Source: Thiomicrospira sp. (GTDB taxonomy: Bacteria; Pseudomonadota; Gammaproteobacteria; Thiomicrospirales; Thiomicrospiraceae). From it: 64,000 nucleotides of DNA. Shown here in pieces: positions 9,620 through 19,771 of the stretch (position 1 is its first letter; each line of letters begins with the position of its first letter). Both the position numbers and the translations under genes were made by a program. The notes below the pieces were generated by a model. That model was given only the letters and a program-made list of their open reading frames with translations, did no database searches and was not told where the DNA came from. The stretch is taken from contig NZ_JACUTY010000005.1 in NCBI RefSeq assembly GCF_014859555.1, positions 1,462-65,461 of the forward strand, read 5' to 3'.

Positions 9620-10630
9620 TTAAAGTGCCACTTTGCGAGAGAAGGCTTCAAAACTGACTAGCACAAATGGATTGGTTTGATAACCTAGTTGCAGTGGTGC
9701 ATGCACGCCGGGTGTAATCGATAAAAATAGCCAGTTATCATAAAATTGGTTACGCCAGCTAAACTGCAAATAAGTATCAAGTTGGCTGAAATTTTGTTCT
9801 GGTGTCCAGTCCCATAAACGCCCTAGGCGGTAACTGAGGCGGTTGTTGCTATCCCGGTTATGTCGCCATTCAAACACCTGTGCCACCTGCCATGCAGGCA
9901 ATTCATCGTACTTAAACACATTCGAAGTGGCCCGCAAATAATGCTTGTCATCATACTGATACGCTAAGTTTAACGTGCCTTCTTTACCTGTTCCCTCAAT
10001 ATGACGCCAAAATAATTCCGGCTCAAAGGTTACAAACCAAGCAGGGTTAATCGCCCATTCAAATCTCAATTTAGCCGTGCTATAAGGGTTTAATTGCCCA
10101 CCGCTCAGGCGTGTGCCAGTGCGGACTTTAAAACCGACCACATCCGACACTCGATAGATGGCACTCAAACCTAATAAGGTTTCTTGCTCGGCGTCTAACT
10201 GGCTTAGTTCGCTCGACTGGGCGCTCCGTTCATCCGGCCCAGCAAAGGACTCGATATATAGATTCCAACGTTTTTGGGTTTTGGGTAAGTGGGCGATCAA
10301 TTTAAATGTCAGTTGGTTTTGTTGCGCTAGATGCAGTGAGCTTTGATGGCTGAGCGTGGTTTTGATCAGCGATTTGCCTTCGGGCACGTCGGATTCGGGC
10401 GTAAAAAACCGATCAATACTGTTGGCATAACGATCAACGTAATTGGTTAACCAGGCCATGCTGTCTTTAATGGTTGCCAACTCAAAATTCAATTCAAATT
10501 TTTCCCCATTATCGCGGGATGTTTCCATGCTAGGCGAGCCGGCTTGAGCCGTTGCCGAATAAGCTAGCGCCCAAAATAAAAAACTTAAGCTCAGCCAAAG
10601 CCATGTTCTGAAGTTTTTGTGGGTCGGCAT
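9620..10630 (-). CDS. Hypothetical exported protein, possibly an outer-membrane beta-barrel
   Basis: 336-aa ORF with N-terminal signal peptide (ATAQA) and aromatic-rich amphipathic strands. Confidence 0.6.
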   Translation of the reverse strand: MPTHKNFRTWLWLSLSFLFWALAYSATAQAGSPSMETSRDNGEKFELNFELATIKDSMAWLTNYVDRYANSIDRFFTPESDVPEGKSLIKTTLSHQSSLHLAQQNQLTFKLIAHLPKTQKRWNLYIESFAGPDERSAQSSELSQLDAEQETLLGLSAIYRVSDVVGFKVRTGTRLSGGQLNPYSTAKLRFEWAINPAWFVTFEPELFWRHIEGTGKEGTLNLAYQYDDKHYLRATSNVFKYDELPAWQVAQVFEWRHNRDSNNRLSYRLGRLWDWTPEQNFSQLDTYLQFSWRNQFYDNWLFLSITPGVHAPLQLGYQTNPFVLVSFEAFSRKVAL

Positions 10631-10750
10631 GGTCGGTTCTCAGAAAAGATAACAGGGTATATTTTATCCTCTAAGATATTTTTCTGCGCGCTAATTGGGA
10701 TTTGCAGTGGCTTTATGGTTTAATAAAAACAACGCATTAGGAGAGTTAGC

Positions 10751-11533
10751 ATGGTTTCCTGGCTGATTTCAACCGACTTAGATGGCACTTTGTTAAATCA
10801 TAAAACCTATGACTACACCGGGATTGTTGCGTTATTGGCGAAGTTAGAAATGCAGGCAGTGCCAGTGATTTTGAACTCCAGTAAAACCCTAGCCGAGCTC
10901 ACAAAGTGGCGTCAAACCCTGCATTTAAAATGGCCAGTGATTGGTGAAAATGGCGGGGTTATTCAAGTAGATCAGTCGCCACCGATGTTAATCGGCCGAC
11001 CAATTAACGAAATAAGGGCGTTTTTAAACCGCTGGCGAGACCATCATGGCCAGCTGTTTGAAGGTTTTGGTGATTGGTCAGTCGAGCAGGTGATCAAGCA
11101 TACCGGGCTAAGCCGAGAAGATGCTTTGAATGCTCAACAGCGTTTGGTTTCCGAACCGATTTTATGGTTGGCTGAACCACCAGGCCTGGTGCTATTGGAA
11201 CAGGCTTTAGCACAGCAGGGTTTGCAGCTTCAAAAAGGTGGCCGTTTTTATCATGTGATGGCACAACATTCCAAGGCCAGCACGCTCAAAATTCTACTCA
11301 AAAACAGTGATCGCTATTTGGGCGATCAGACCGATTGGCATCTACTCGCATTAGGTGATGGCGAAAATGACCGCGCGATGCTCGAAATGGCCGAGGTTGC
11401 GGTGGTAATGCCGGATGCTAGTGGCCAATATTTAAGCCTAGATTCAAATAATCAAATCTATCAAGCCCAACAATCCGCCCCGCAAGGTTGGTTGGATGCG
11501 GTCAATCGGTGGGTATTAAAGGAGGCGGAATGA
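10751..11533 (+). CDS. gpgP: HAD-IIB glucosyl/mannosyl-3-phosphoglycerate phosphatase (GpgP/MpgP family)
   Basis: TDLDGTLL, NSSKT, GENGG and LGDGEND motifs; first gene of the cluster. Confidence 0.85.
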   Translation: MVSWLISTDLDGTLLNHKTYDYTGIVALLAKLEMQAVPVILNSSKTLAELTKWRQTLHLKWPVIGENGGVIQVDQSPPMLIGRPINEIRAFLNRWRDHHGQLFEGFGDWSVEQVIKHTGLSREDALNAQQRLVSEPILWLAEPPGLVLLEQALAQQGLQLQKGGRFYHVMAQHSKASTLKILLKNSDRYLGDQTDWHLLALGDGENDRAMLEMAEVAVVMPDASGQYLSLDSNNQIYQAQQSAPQGWLDAVNRWVLKEAE

Positions 11534-12741
11534 GCGATTTTTTCCAAAACGGCACAATCACAACTCTACACAATTTAACGCGGCGAGATTTGTCGGAGCT
11601 TGAGTGGGATTTGGTGAACTTCTCCCGTGAACGCCCCTTGGGTTTGGTGCTGCCTTCTTTATATAGTGAGCTTGAAGGCGAAGCCTTAACCCATATTCTG
11701 GACGAGCTGGAACGTGTGCCTTATTTATCCGAAATTGTGGTCGGTTTAGATCAAGCCGATCAAGCCCAGTTTGAACATGCCAAACACTTCTTTGCACGTT
11801 TACCTCAGCCACATAACATTCTGTGGAACGATGGCCCCCGATTGCAAAAAGTCATGCAACCACTTAAAAAGTTAAGCTTGGCGCCCACCGAACCGGGTAA
11901 AGGCAAAAATGTGTGGGGTTGTTTTGGTTATATCTTGGCCTCCGGTAAAACATCGGTGGTGGGATTGCACGACTGTGATGTGCTGACTTATAACCGTGAA
12001 ATGTTGGCGAGGTTACTTTATCCGGTCGCCCACCCCACTTTTAACTTTGTGTTTTCGAAGGGCTATTACGCGCGTTATTCAGACGGACATATGAATGGAC
12101 GCGTTGCGCGATTGCTCGTAACGCCGTTATTACGCAGCTTAGAAACCGTATTGGGACAGGATGATTTAATTACCTATTTAGATTCATTTCGTTATCCGTT
12201 AGCCGGTGAGTTTGCGCTGGAAGTGAATGCATTAAAAGATGTGCGAATCCCGAGTGATTGGGGATTGGAAATCGGAATTTTGGCTGAAATTCGACGTAAC
12301 TATTCTAACCGCCGCGTGTGCCAAGTTGAGATTGCGGATCGTTACGATCACAAACATCAAAAAGTTTCGTTTAATGATGTTAATGCCGGTTTATCGCGCA
12401 TGAGCCAAGATATTGCCAAGTCTTTGTACCGTAAGTTAGCCATCAGCGGCCATCAGTTTTCGCCGCAAACCATGCGCACGATCCGAGCGGTTTATCACCG
12501 TACCGCGCTGGATCAATTGGAGTCTTATGCGTTTGATGCCCAAATGAATGGTTTGTCGTTAGATCGTCACGAAGAGGAACGGGTGGTTGAGCTGTTTGCG
12601 GATAACTTATTAGTCGCCGGAAACGCTTTTATGGAAATGCACGACGATAAACCCTTTGTGGCCAATTGGAATCGGGTGATTAGTGCTTTCCCAGATATCT
12701 TAGAAGAACTTAAACACGCGGTAGAGCAGGATAACGCTTAA
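11530..12741 (+). CDS. gpgS: Glucosyl-3-phosphoglycerate synthase (GpgS-type glycosyltransferase)
   Basis: MSDFFQNGTITTLH N-terminus, GKGKNVW, HDCD, GRVARL, YPLAGEF and DWGLEIG. ATG at 11530 overlaps the gpgP stop (ATGA). Confidence 0.82.
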   Translation: MSDFFQNGTITTLHNLTRRDLSELEWDLVNFSRERPLGLVLPSLYSELEGEALTHILDELERVPYLSEIVVGLDQADQAQFEHAKHFFARLPQPHNILWNDGPRLQKVMQPLKKLSLAPTEPGKGKNVWGCFGYILASGKTSVVGLHDCDVLTYNREMLARLLYPVAHPTFNFVFSKGYYARYSDGHMNGRVARLLVTPLLRSLETVLGQDDLITYLDSFRYPLAGEFALEVNALKDVRIPSDWGLEIGILAEIRRNYSNRRVCQVEIADRYDHKHQKVSFNDVNAGLSRMSQDIAKSLYRKLAISGHQFSPQTMRTIRAVYHRTALDQLESYAFDAQMNGLSLDRHEEERVVELFADNLLVAGNAFMEMHDDKPFVANWNRVISAFPDILEELKHAVEQDNA

Positions 12742-12753
12742 GGAGTTGAAGGT

Positions 12754-14529
12754 ATGAGTCAGATGATATTTGAGCGCATTAAGCATCGTTTAGAAAAACT
12801 CTACCCGCTGGAATCGGCGAAAGATGCGTATCAAGAATTAAACCGACTGATTCAAATCTGCGGCGTCGAACCGGAGCTTGAAGTTGAACGCTGGAACCAA
12901 GAAGATGTGGTGTTAATTAGTTACGCCGACAGTATTATTGACAGCGAACAAGGCCATCAACCTTTGCAAGTGTTGCGTGAGTTTCTGCAAGAGTATGTCA
13001 AAGATGCGGTGAATACGATTCACCTGTTGCCGTTTTTTCCATTTAGTTCTGATGATGGCTTTTCGGTGATCGATTTTGTCAAAGTCGAGCCGGACTTTGG
13101 TGACTGGCCGGATATTCAGGCCATCAGTGCGGATTACCAACTCATGGTGGATTTGGTGATTAATCATATCTCGCGTGAGAGTTTATGGTTTACCGATTAC
13201 AAAGCCGATGTGCCACCGTTTAATCGGTTTTTTATTGAAGTGGATGGCCGCGAAGATGTGACGATGGTGGTGCGTCCACGAAACTCGCCGTTATTGGTGC
13301 CGGCTTATACCCACCGTGGACGCAAAATGGTTTGGGCGACCTTTAGTGCCGATCAGATTGACTTAAACTTCGAAAATCCCGCTGTTTTGGTGAAAATGAT
13401 TGAAGTCTTGTTGTTTTACGTTAAACAAAAAACCCATATTCTGCGTTTAGACGCAATTGCATTTTTATGGAAAAAACTCGGTACTAACTGCATTCATTTG
13501 CCCGAAACCCATGAGGTAGTGAAACTGATTCGTGATGTATTTGAATTGGTAAATCCGAACGGCATGGTTTTAACCGAAACCAACGTTCCGCACAACGAAA
13601 ACCTATCCTACTTTGGGCAGCAAGACGAAGCGCATTTGGTGTATCAATTTAGTTTAGCGCCTTTGGTGTTACATGCTTTATACCGTGGCGATGGTGCTTA
13701 TTTAACCCAATGGGCGCAACAACTTAAACCACCGGCGCAAGGCTGTAACTTTTTGAACTTTACGGCGTCGCATGATGGGATTGGTTTACGTCCGGTCGAA
13801 GGTATTTTGCCGCAGCGGGAAATTGAAGATTTGATCACCGGTATGCACCGTCAAGGTGGTTATATTTCGATGCGTACTCGGCCAGATGGTTCAGAGTCAC
13901 CCTATGAAATCAACATCGCTTTGTTTAGTGCATTTCGTGAAACCGCCAACAGCCAAGGCCCGGATCAGTGGCAGGTGGATCGGTTTATTAATTCGCAATT
14001 AATTATGTTGAGTTTGCAGGGCATCCCAGCCATTTATATCCACAGTTTATTGGCCACTGAAAACGATCAAACCGGGGTAGAGCGCACCGGTAGAACCCGC
14101 AGCATCAATCGCAAAAAATGGGATAAAACCTATTTAAAAGCCTTGTTGGATGGTCAAAACACCGCCAACTCGCAAGTTTTAAACCGCTTAATTCATGTGT
14201 TGAAACGCCGCAAAAAACACAAAGCCTTTCATCCAGATACGTCACAAAAAGTGTTGGATTTAGGTACGGGGTTTTTTGCGGTTTGGCGCGGGTTAGGTGA
14301 ATTAGATTTTCCATTATTATCAATTTTCAATTTAACCAGTGAGGTTAAAGAACTCGATATTCAGCATGAAATTGGATTCGAGAGTGCTGAAGGTTGGGTG
14401 AATATTTTAGATCACGAACATTATGAACCTCAGAATCAGCTGTTGGTTTTGCAGCCATACCAAGTATTGTGGTTAATGCCGGATAACGTTGATAACGTTA
14501 GCCCGTTATGGGCAATGAGCACCAGTTAA
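12754..14529 (+). CDS. GH13_18 sugar phosphorylase, likely glucosylglycerate phosphorylase
   Basis: HLLPFFPFSSDDGF, DLVINH, RLDAIAF, TETN, SHDGIG and PYEIN motifs. ETN/YE variants are typical of the glucosylglycerate-specific branch rather than sucrose phosphorylase (EIH/YQ). Confidence 0.82.
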   Translation: MSQMIFERIKHRLEKLYPLESAKDAYQELNRLIQICGVEPELEVERWNQEDVVLISYADSIIDSEQGHQPLQVLREFLQEYVKDAVNTIHLLPFFPFSSDDGFSVIDFVKVEPDFGDWPDIQAISADYQLMVDLVINHISRESLWFTDYKADVPPFNRFFIEVDGREDVTMVVRPRNSPLLVPAYTHRGRKMVWATFSADQIDLNFENPAVLVKMIEVLLFYVKQKTHILRLDAIAFLWKKLGTNCIHLPETHEVVKLIRDVFELVNPNGMVLTETNVPHNENLSYFGQQDEAHLVYQFSLAPLVLHALYRGDGAYLTQWAQQLKPPAQGCNFLNFTASHDGIGLRPVEGILPQREIEDLITGMHRQGGYISMRTRPDGSESPYEINIALFSAFRETANSQGPDQWQVDRFINSQLIMLSLQGIPAIYIHSLLATENDQTGVERTGRTRSINRKKWDKTYLKALLDGQNTANSQVLNRLIHVLKRRKKHKAFHPDTSQKVLDLGTGFFAVWRGLGELDFPLLSIFNLTSEVKELDIQHEIGFESAEGWVNILDHEHYEPQNQLLVLQPYQVLWLMPDNVDNVSPLWAMSTS

Positions 14530-14530
14530 A

Positions 14531-14544
14531 CACCAGGCCTGGTG
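14531..14544. repeat. CACCAGGCCTGGTG palindrome between convergent genes
   Basis: Occupies most of the 21-nt gap between the phosphorylase and glycerate kinase stop codons. Confidence 0.95.
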
Positions 14545-14550
14545 GTTAAG

Positions 14551-15672
14551 TTAATGTAAATAAAGCTTTAACGCACTGTAGAGGGTCGATTTGAGCCAAT
14601 GTTCGGTGTGATTCATGGCATCTGCTTCATCGGTTAAACGATGGATTAGACTAAACAACGCTATAAATTCCGGCATTTGCTCGGCGCTGATATCAAGCTG
14701 ACCGCAAAGGCCGAGAATCGGTACATCATAACGTTGCGCCATTTCCGCTAGTTTCATGGGCAGTTTGCCGTGGCGAGTTTGTGCGTCCATGCGGCCTTCA
14801 CCCGTAATCACTAAATCTACGCCTTGTTCAAAGGTTTGATGTAGTCCAATGGTTTCAGCGAGCAAATCAAAGCCACTAAAGGTTTGCGCATTCAAAATCC
14901 CCATAAATCCGCCGGCCATACCGCCCGCCGCACCAGCACCAGGCCTGGTGGTTATATTGTGGCCGGTTCGTTGTTCAATTAATTCGGCAAACTTGGTTAG
15001 GGCTTGTTCAAATTCGGCATGAGTTTGTGGCGTCACACCTTTTTGCGGACCGTAGACTGTGGTGGCGCCTTGCTCGCCAAGCAATGGGTTGGTGACATCG
15101 CAGGCCAGATGCCATTTGATATTTGATAAGTGTGCGGGAATATGCCCGATTTTGTCTAGTTTCAACAAGCCCTGAACGCCGGGCTTGATTGGTTGGTCTT
15201 TATCATCCGACAATTCAATTCCCAGCGCTTGCAAAGCCCCTGCGCCGCCATCGTTCGTGGCGCTGCCGCCTAGTCCTAATATGATAGTGCGAGCGCCCAG
15301 TTCGAGCGCGGCTTTAATCACCAGGCCGGTGCCATAGGTGCTGGCTTGCATCGGATCGCGTTCTTGTTTGCTGATTAGGGGTAAGCCGGAGGCTTGTGCC
15401 ATTTCGATCATCGCGGTTTGACGGTCGGCTTGCCAACCAAACGTGGCTTGAATCGGGCGAGCTAGCGGATCAAGGCTGTCGACAACTCGACGTTCGGCTT
15501 GGCCAGATTCTGTAATCGCCGCCACAAAACCTTCGCCGCCATCAGACAAGGGGCGTTCAATCACTTCGATATCAGGCCAGTGGTGTTTGATAACTTGAGC
15601 ACCGATGCGGCAAAATTCCACTGCCGTAAGCGAGCCTTTAAAGCTGTCGGGGGCGATTAGAATTCGGCGCAT
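14551..15672 (-). CDS. glxK: Glycerate kinase (GlxK/GarK family)
   Basis: IAPDSFKGSL, DGGEG, GLGGSATNDGG, GAGAAGG and ITGEGRMD motifs. Confidence 0.92.
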   Translation of the reverse strand: MRRILIAPDSFKGSLTAVEFCRIGAQVIKHHWPDIEVIERPLSDGGEGFVAAITESGQAERRVVDSLDPLARPIQATFGWQADRQTAMIEMAQASGLPLISKQERDPMQASTYGTGLVIKAALELGARTIILGLGGSATNDGGAGALQALGIELSDDKDQPIKPGVQGLLKLDKIGHIPAHLSNIKWHLACDVTNPLLGEQGATTVYGPQKGVTPQTHAEFEQALTKFAELIEQRTGHNITTRPGAGAAGGMAGGFMGILNAQTFSGFDLLAETIGLHQTFEQGVDLVITGEGRMDAQTRHGKLPMKLAEMAQRYDVPILGLCGQLDISAEQMPEFIALFSLIHRLTDEADAMNHTEHWLKSTLYSALKLYLH

Positions 15673-15686
15673 AGTAAAAACTCCGG

Positions 15687-16571
15687 TTACATGGTTTCGA
15701 GTTGCAGGGTAACGTGGTGTACCGCGTGGCGATCGTTAAGATAGGATTTAATTTCAAACAAGGTCGCGTCATTAATGTGTGCTAAATCGGTTTTGGCGTG
15801 TAATGTCATCATGACTTGTTGTTCTGCAATCGCCCATAAATGAATGTGGTGAATTTCTTCTAGGTAAGGGAAACGTTCAGCCAAGTCGTCTTTAATGGCC
15901 TGGATTTCGTAACCCGCTGGCACACCTTCTAATAAAATGGTGGCGGCCGAACGGGTCAGTTTGAAGGCATTATAAGCAATAATACTGGCGACCAGGATCG
16001 ACAAAATCGGGTCGACAATGTTCCAGCCGGAAAAGTAGATAATAATCGCGGCGCTAATGACCGCAACCGACGCTAAGGTGTCGCCCATAAAGTGAAGTGT
16101 TGCGCCGCGCATGTTTAGGTTTTTTTGATCACCGCTGTGTAACATCACAAATACGGTTAAATTAATCCCTAAACCAATAATGGCGATCATAAACATTTCC
16201 GCGCCCATGACTTCTTGCGGGTTAAACATACGTTCAATCGCCATGGCGGTGATGCCGACCGAAATTAACAGCAAGGCGGCACCGTTTACAAATGCGGTTA
16301 GAATTTGGGCGCGCATATAACCAAACGTCATGCGTTCGGTGGCCGGTTTTTGCGCGATATGAAAACCCCACCAAGCAATCATTAAGGCGATTGAGTCGGT
16401 TAGCATGTGCATACCATCGGCAATCAGCGCGACCGAGTTGACCCAAAAGCCGCCAATAACTTCGACCAGCATATAGCTAAAGGTTAAAACGGCGGCAATG
16501 ACTATTTTACGCTGATTTTTTGTATCAGGTTTGGCGCTATGGCTATGGTGCGGCGAGCTATGTGAGTGCAT
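15687..16571 (-). CDS. Cation diffusion facilitator (CzcD/ZitB-like Zn/Co/Cd exporter)
   Basis: His-rich N-terminus, ALIADGMHMLTD, NMRGATLHFMGD and HHIHLW. Confidence 0.9.
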   Translation of the reverse strand: MHSHSSPHHSHSAKPDTKNQRKIVIAAVLTFSYMLVEVIGGFWVNSVALIADGMHMLTDSIALMIAWWGFHIAQKPATERMTFGYMRAQILTAFVNGAALLLISVGITAMAIERMFNPQEVMGAEMFMIAIIGLGINLTVFVMLHSGDQKNLNMRGATLHFMGDTLASVAVISAAIIIYFSGWNIVDPILSILVASIIAYNAFKLTRSAATILLEGVPAGYEIQAIKDDLAERFPYLEEIHHIHLWAIAEQQVMMTLHAKTDLAHINDATLFEIKSYLNDRHAVHHVTLQLETM

Positions 16572-16581
16572 GCTAAAAGTC

Positions 16582-16803
16582 TCAAAAATTAAAAAATTGG
16601 CGATTAAATGAGTTTAATCCGGGTGGGTTCACGCTGGCGACGGTAAAAAACGAATAAGGCGCCAAATTTTGCACACCGTCCGAATTTAGGGTGATGATCC
16701 AGGCAATCGGGCGTGGCACAATGCCGCCGACTAAAAAGCGGTAGATTTCCGGTGGACTCAACTCGGATACAGACTTAAATATATTAACTTTTTCTAAAAC
16801 CAA
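16582..16803 (-). pseudogene. Truncated flavin reductase-like (DIM6/NTAB) gene
   Basis: IVPRPIAWI...NLAPYSFF...NPP matches the family N-terminus, but the ORF ends after 73 aa (family about 200 aa) and runs into the CDF gene. Confidence 0.75.
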
Positions 16804-16837
16804 TCATCATTTTACAACAATCTAACCGAAGTTAAAC

Positions 16838-17512
16838 TTAGAGTGTTTTCGCCATCGCCCAAGCCTCAACCACCAGGCCTGGTTGGGCGTCTTGAAGACG
16901 GCTGGCGGCGGCTTGCATGGTTGCGCCAGTGGTAATGACATCGTCGAGTAATGCGACGCGGTCAAAATCTTTTAATAAGACCGCGTCGGCTTCAAAGGCT
17001 TGCTTAAGATTTTGACGACGTTGTTTGGCTTTAAGTTGGGTTTGACTCGGGGTGGCGAGCGGGCGTGTTAATGCCGAAACAATCGGAATATTTAGCATTG
17101 GGCTTAACATCCGCGCCAATTCATACGCCTGGTTATAGCCACGTTCGCGCAGTCGTGTGCTATGCAGTGGGATCGGAATGATGGCTTGAATCCCTTGGGT
17201 GTGTAATTGCGGGGCTAACAGTTCGGCAAACAGACGACTTAAATCCAGTCGTTGGTGATATTTAAATTGGGCCATTAAATCGCGAAATTCAGCTTGGTAA
17301 GTGAACGCCACTTGGGTGCGACTGAATTGGGGTGGCTTGGACAAACACTGACCACATAGCAAACCCTGCGGACTGGGCTCGGCACAACATGGACAAACGT
17401 CGGAGCCAATTTGCCACTGAGCTATAAAGCTCGGGTCTAAGTCGTGTTTTTTGGTCGTAACCGCCGTGATGACGCAGGTTGGCGGAAATAGCCATTTTTC
17501 AAGCCAATGCAT
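16838..17512 (-). CDS. comF: ComF family competence protein (PRTase fold)
   Basis: CPCC...CGQC Zn motif, RGYNQA and LLDDVITTGAT. Likely ATG at 17512 (MHWLEK). Confidence 0.92.
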   Translation of the reverse strand: MHWLEKWLFPPTCVITAVTTKKHDLDPSFIAQWQIGSDVCPCCAEPSPQGLLCGQCLSKPPQFSRTQVAFTYQAEFRDLMAQFKYHQRLDLSRLFAELLAPQLHTQGIQAIIPIPLHSTRLRERGYNQAYELARMLSPMLNIPIVSALTRPLATPSQTQLKAKQRRQNLKQAFEADAVLLKDFDRVALLDDVITTGATMQAAASRLQDAQPGLVVEAWAMAKTL

Positions 17513-17573
17513 TTTCCAAATCCTGGTTGAATAATCGTTATAATAACCGCTTATTCTAAACACGAGTCTCGAA

Positions 17574-18566
17574 ATGAAATCTTTAGGACAAGTTCGTCAC
17601 GATTGGACCTCGGCGGAAATTCACGCCATTATGAATCAACCCTTTAATGACTTAATGTTTCAAGCGCACACGGTTCACCGTATGAACTTTGAACCTAACG
17701 AAGTGCAAATTAGCAGCTTGGTTAATATTAAATCAGGCGGCTGTGCGGAAGACTGTTCGTATTGTTCACAAAGCTCGCGTTACGACACAGGTTTGGAAAA
17801 ACAAAAAATGATGGCGGTACAAGAAGTATTGGATAAAGCCATGCAAGCCAAAGCCAAAGGCGCAACCCGTTTGTGTATGGGCGCGGCTTGGCGTAACCCG
17901 AATAAAAAAGACTTTCCGGTGGTATTGGAAATGGTCAAAGTGGTGCGCGATTTAGGCATGGAAACTTGTATGACCTTAGGCATGTTGGACGATGACCAGG
18001 TCGCGGCTTTAAAAGAAGCCGGCTTGGATTATTACAACCACAACCTGGATACTTCCGAAGCCTATTATTCAAAAGTGATTACCACCCGTTCTTTCCAAGA
18101 CCGTTTGGATACCATTGACAAGGTACAAAAATCCGGTATCAACGTCTGCTCAGGCGGCATTATCGGTATGGGCGAACAGCATAAAGATCGCACCGAATTA
18201 TTGCGCACCTTCGCTAATATGGATAATCATCCCGGCAGTGTACCGATTAACTTGTTAGTGCCAATCGAAGGCACCCCTTTGGCTGAAATGAAGGGTAAAA
18301 CCGATGCGTTTGAGTTTATTCGTGTGATTGCGACCGCACGTATTTTAATGCCGCAATCTTATGTGCGTTTGTCCGCCGGTCGGATGGAATTAAACCAACA
18401 AGCCCAGGCCTGGTGCTTTTTTGCCGGCGCCAACTCGATTTTCTATGGCGATAAGTTATTAACCACCGACAATCCCGAAGCCGATCATGATGTGCAATTG
18501 TTTAAAAAGCTAGGTTTAAATATGCAAGCCCAGGCTAAAGCCCATCTTGCAGAAGAGTCGGCTTAA
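17574..18566 (+). CDS. bioB: Biotin synthase
   Basis: Radical [28 protein letters not shown] and VRLSAGR. Confidence 0.97.
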   Translation: MKSLGQVRHDWTSAEIHAIMNQPFNDLMFQAHTVHRMNFEPNEVQISSLVNIKSGGCAEDCSYCSQSSRYDTGLEKQKMMAVQEVLDKAMQAKAKGATRLCMGAAWRNPNKKDFPVVLEMVKVVRDLGMETCMTLGMLDDDQVAALKEAGLDYYNHNLDTSEAYYSKVITTRSFQDRLDTIDKVQKSGINVCSGGIIGMGEQHKDRTELLRTFANMDNHPGSVPINLLVPIEGTPLAEMKGKTDAFEFIRVIATARILMPQSYVRLSAGRMELNQQAQAWCFFAGANSIFYGDKLLTTDNPEADHDVQLFKKLGLNMQAQAKAHLAEESA

Positions 18567-18574
18567 GTTTTGCC

Positions 18575-19738
18575 ATGAAACCCACTATCGCAGATCGGTT
18601 TCAACCTAAGTTAGACGAACGCCAAGCGCAATCTCTTTATCGCCAACGCCCGTTGGCGTTTTCCCCACAACGTCCGCAAATGCAAATCAATGGTTTGCCG
18701 ATGCTGAATTTTTGCTCGAATGATTATTTAGGCCTCGCCGCCGATCCGCGCATAAAGCAAGCCGTGTGTAATGACGATACAGCAGGCTGGGGATCCGGAG
18801 CGGCGCATCTGGTGACGGGTCATCATTTGCATCATCATTTATTGGAAGATGAATTGGCCGACTGGTTAGGCGTGGAGCGTGTGTTGTTATTTTCGACCGG
18901 TTATATGGCGAACCTGGCGGTGCAACAAACCCTGATGCAAAAAGGCGATCGAATACTCGGCGATAAACTGAATCACGCCTCGTTAATTGATGGCGCATTG
19001 GCCAGCGGCGCGGACTTTAAACGTTATTCGCATCTTGATTACCACGCCTTAGAAACCCGCTTGGAACAATCCGATGCGCCCAGCTTAATCGTCAGCGACA
19101 GTGTGTTTAGTATGGATGGCGATTTAGCCGATTTAGCCAAACTGCAACAGCTAGCAAATAAGCACCAGGCCTGGTTGTTTGTGGATGATGCGCATGGTTT
19201 AGGTGTTTTGGGTAAACAAGGTAAAGGCAGTTTTGATCACTTTAACCTGCCGATCGACGCCGATAACATCTTAGTTGGCACATTTGGCAAGGCGTTCGGT
19301 ACATCGGGCGCATTTGTGGCCGGCTCGAGCGTGTTAATCGAAAGCTTAATTCAGTTTGCGCGACCGTTTATTTATACCACCGCCATGTCACCGATGAATG
19401 CCTTAGCGACACGTACCGCTTTAAAACTGTTGCGAGAAGGTGATGACTTACGTGATCAACTGCACGCTAACATTGCACAATTTAGAACCGGAGCGAAGGC
19501 GTTAGGTTTGAACTTAATGCCTTCGGTCAGCGCAATTCAGCCGATATTATTGGGTGATAGTGCAAAAGCCGTGGCCTGGAGTGAAGCACTTAAGCAAGCC
19601 GGTTTTTGGGTTTCAGCGATTCGCCCACCCACCGTGCCACAAGCACGCTTGCGAGTGACCTTAAGTGCCGCGCATTCTGACGCGCAAATTGAAGCACTCT
19701 TATCTGCACTCGCACACATAAAAAAAGCGGACATTTAA
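18575..19738 (+). CDS. bioF: 8-amino-7-oxononanoate synthase
   Basis: FCSNDYLGL, NHASLIDG, VDDAHG, GTFGKAFG and AIRPPTVP. Confidence 0.96.
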   Translation: MKPTIADRFQPKLDERQAQSLYRQRPLAFSPQRPQMQINGLPMLNFCSNDYLGLAADPRIKQAVCNDDTAGWGSGAAHLVTGHHLHHHLLEDELADWLGVERVLLFSTGYMANLAVQQTLMQKGDRILGDKLNHASLIDGALASGADFKRYSHLDYHALETRLEQSDAPSLIVSDSVFSMDGDLADLAKLQQLANKHQAWLFVDDAHGLGVLGKQGKGSFDHFNLPIDADNILVGTFGKAFGTSGAFVAGSSVLIESLIQFARPFIYTTAMSPMNALATRTALKLLREGDDLRDQLHANIAQFRTGAKALGLNLMPSVSAIQPILLGDSAKAVAWSEALKQAGFWVSAIRPPTVPQARLRVTLSAAHSDAQIEALLSALAHIKKADI

Positions 19739-19749
19739 TCCGCTTTTTT
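19721..19749. terminator. Intrinsic terminator overlapping the bioF stop
   Basis: AAAAAAGCGGA...TCCGCTTTTTT; immediately followed by a 22-bp copy of the palindrome. Confidence 0.75.
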
Positions 19750-19771
19750 TAACCACCAGGCCTGGTGGTTA
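19750..19771. repeat. 22-bp perfect palindrome TAACCACCAGGCCTGGTGGTTA
   Basis: Read directly; its last 3 nt are the stop codon of the DsrE-like gene. Confidence 0.95.

Noticed and set aside
16610-16630. PPGL peptide at the flavin-reductase truncation point resembling the palindrome-encoded PPGL
   Set aside because: The DNA (CCA CCC GGA TTA) differs from the motif at four positions; may be coincidence.
17513-17573. BirA operator in the comF-bioB gap
   Set aside because: An imperfect inverted repeat (GAATAA...TTATTC around TATAAT) exists but does not match the TGTAAACC-N14-16-GGTTTACA consensus.
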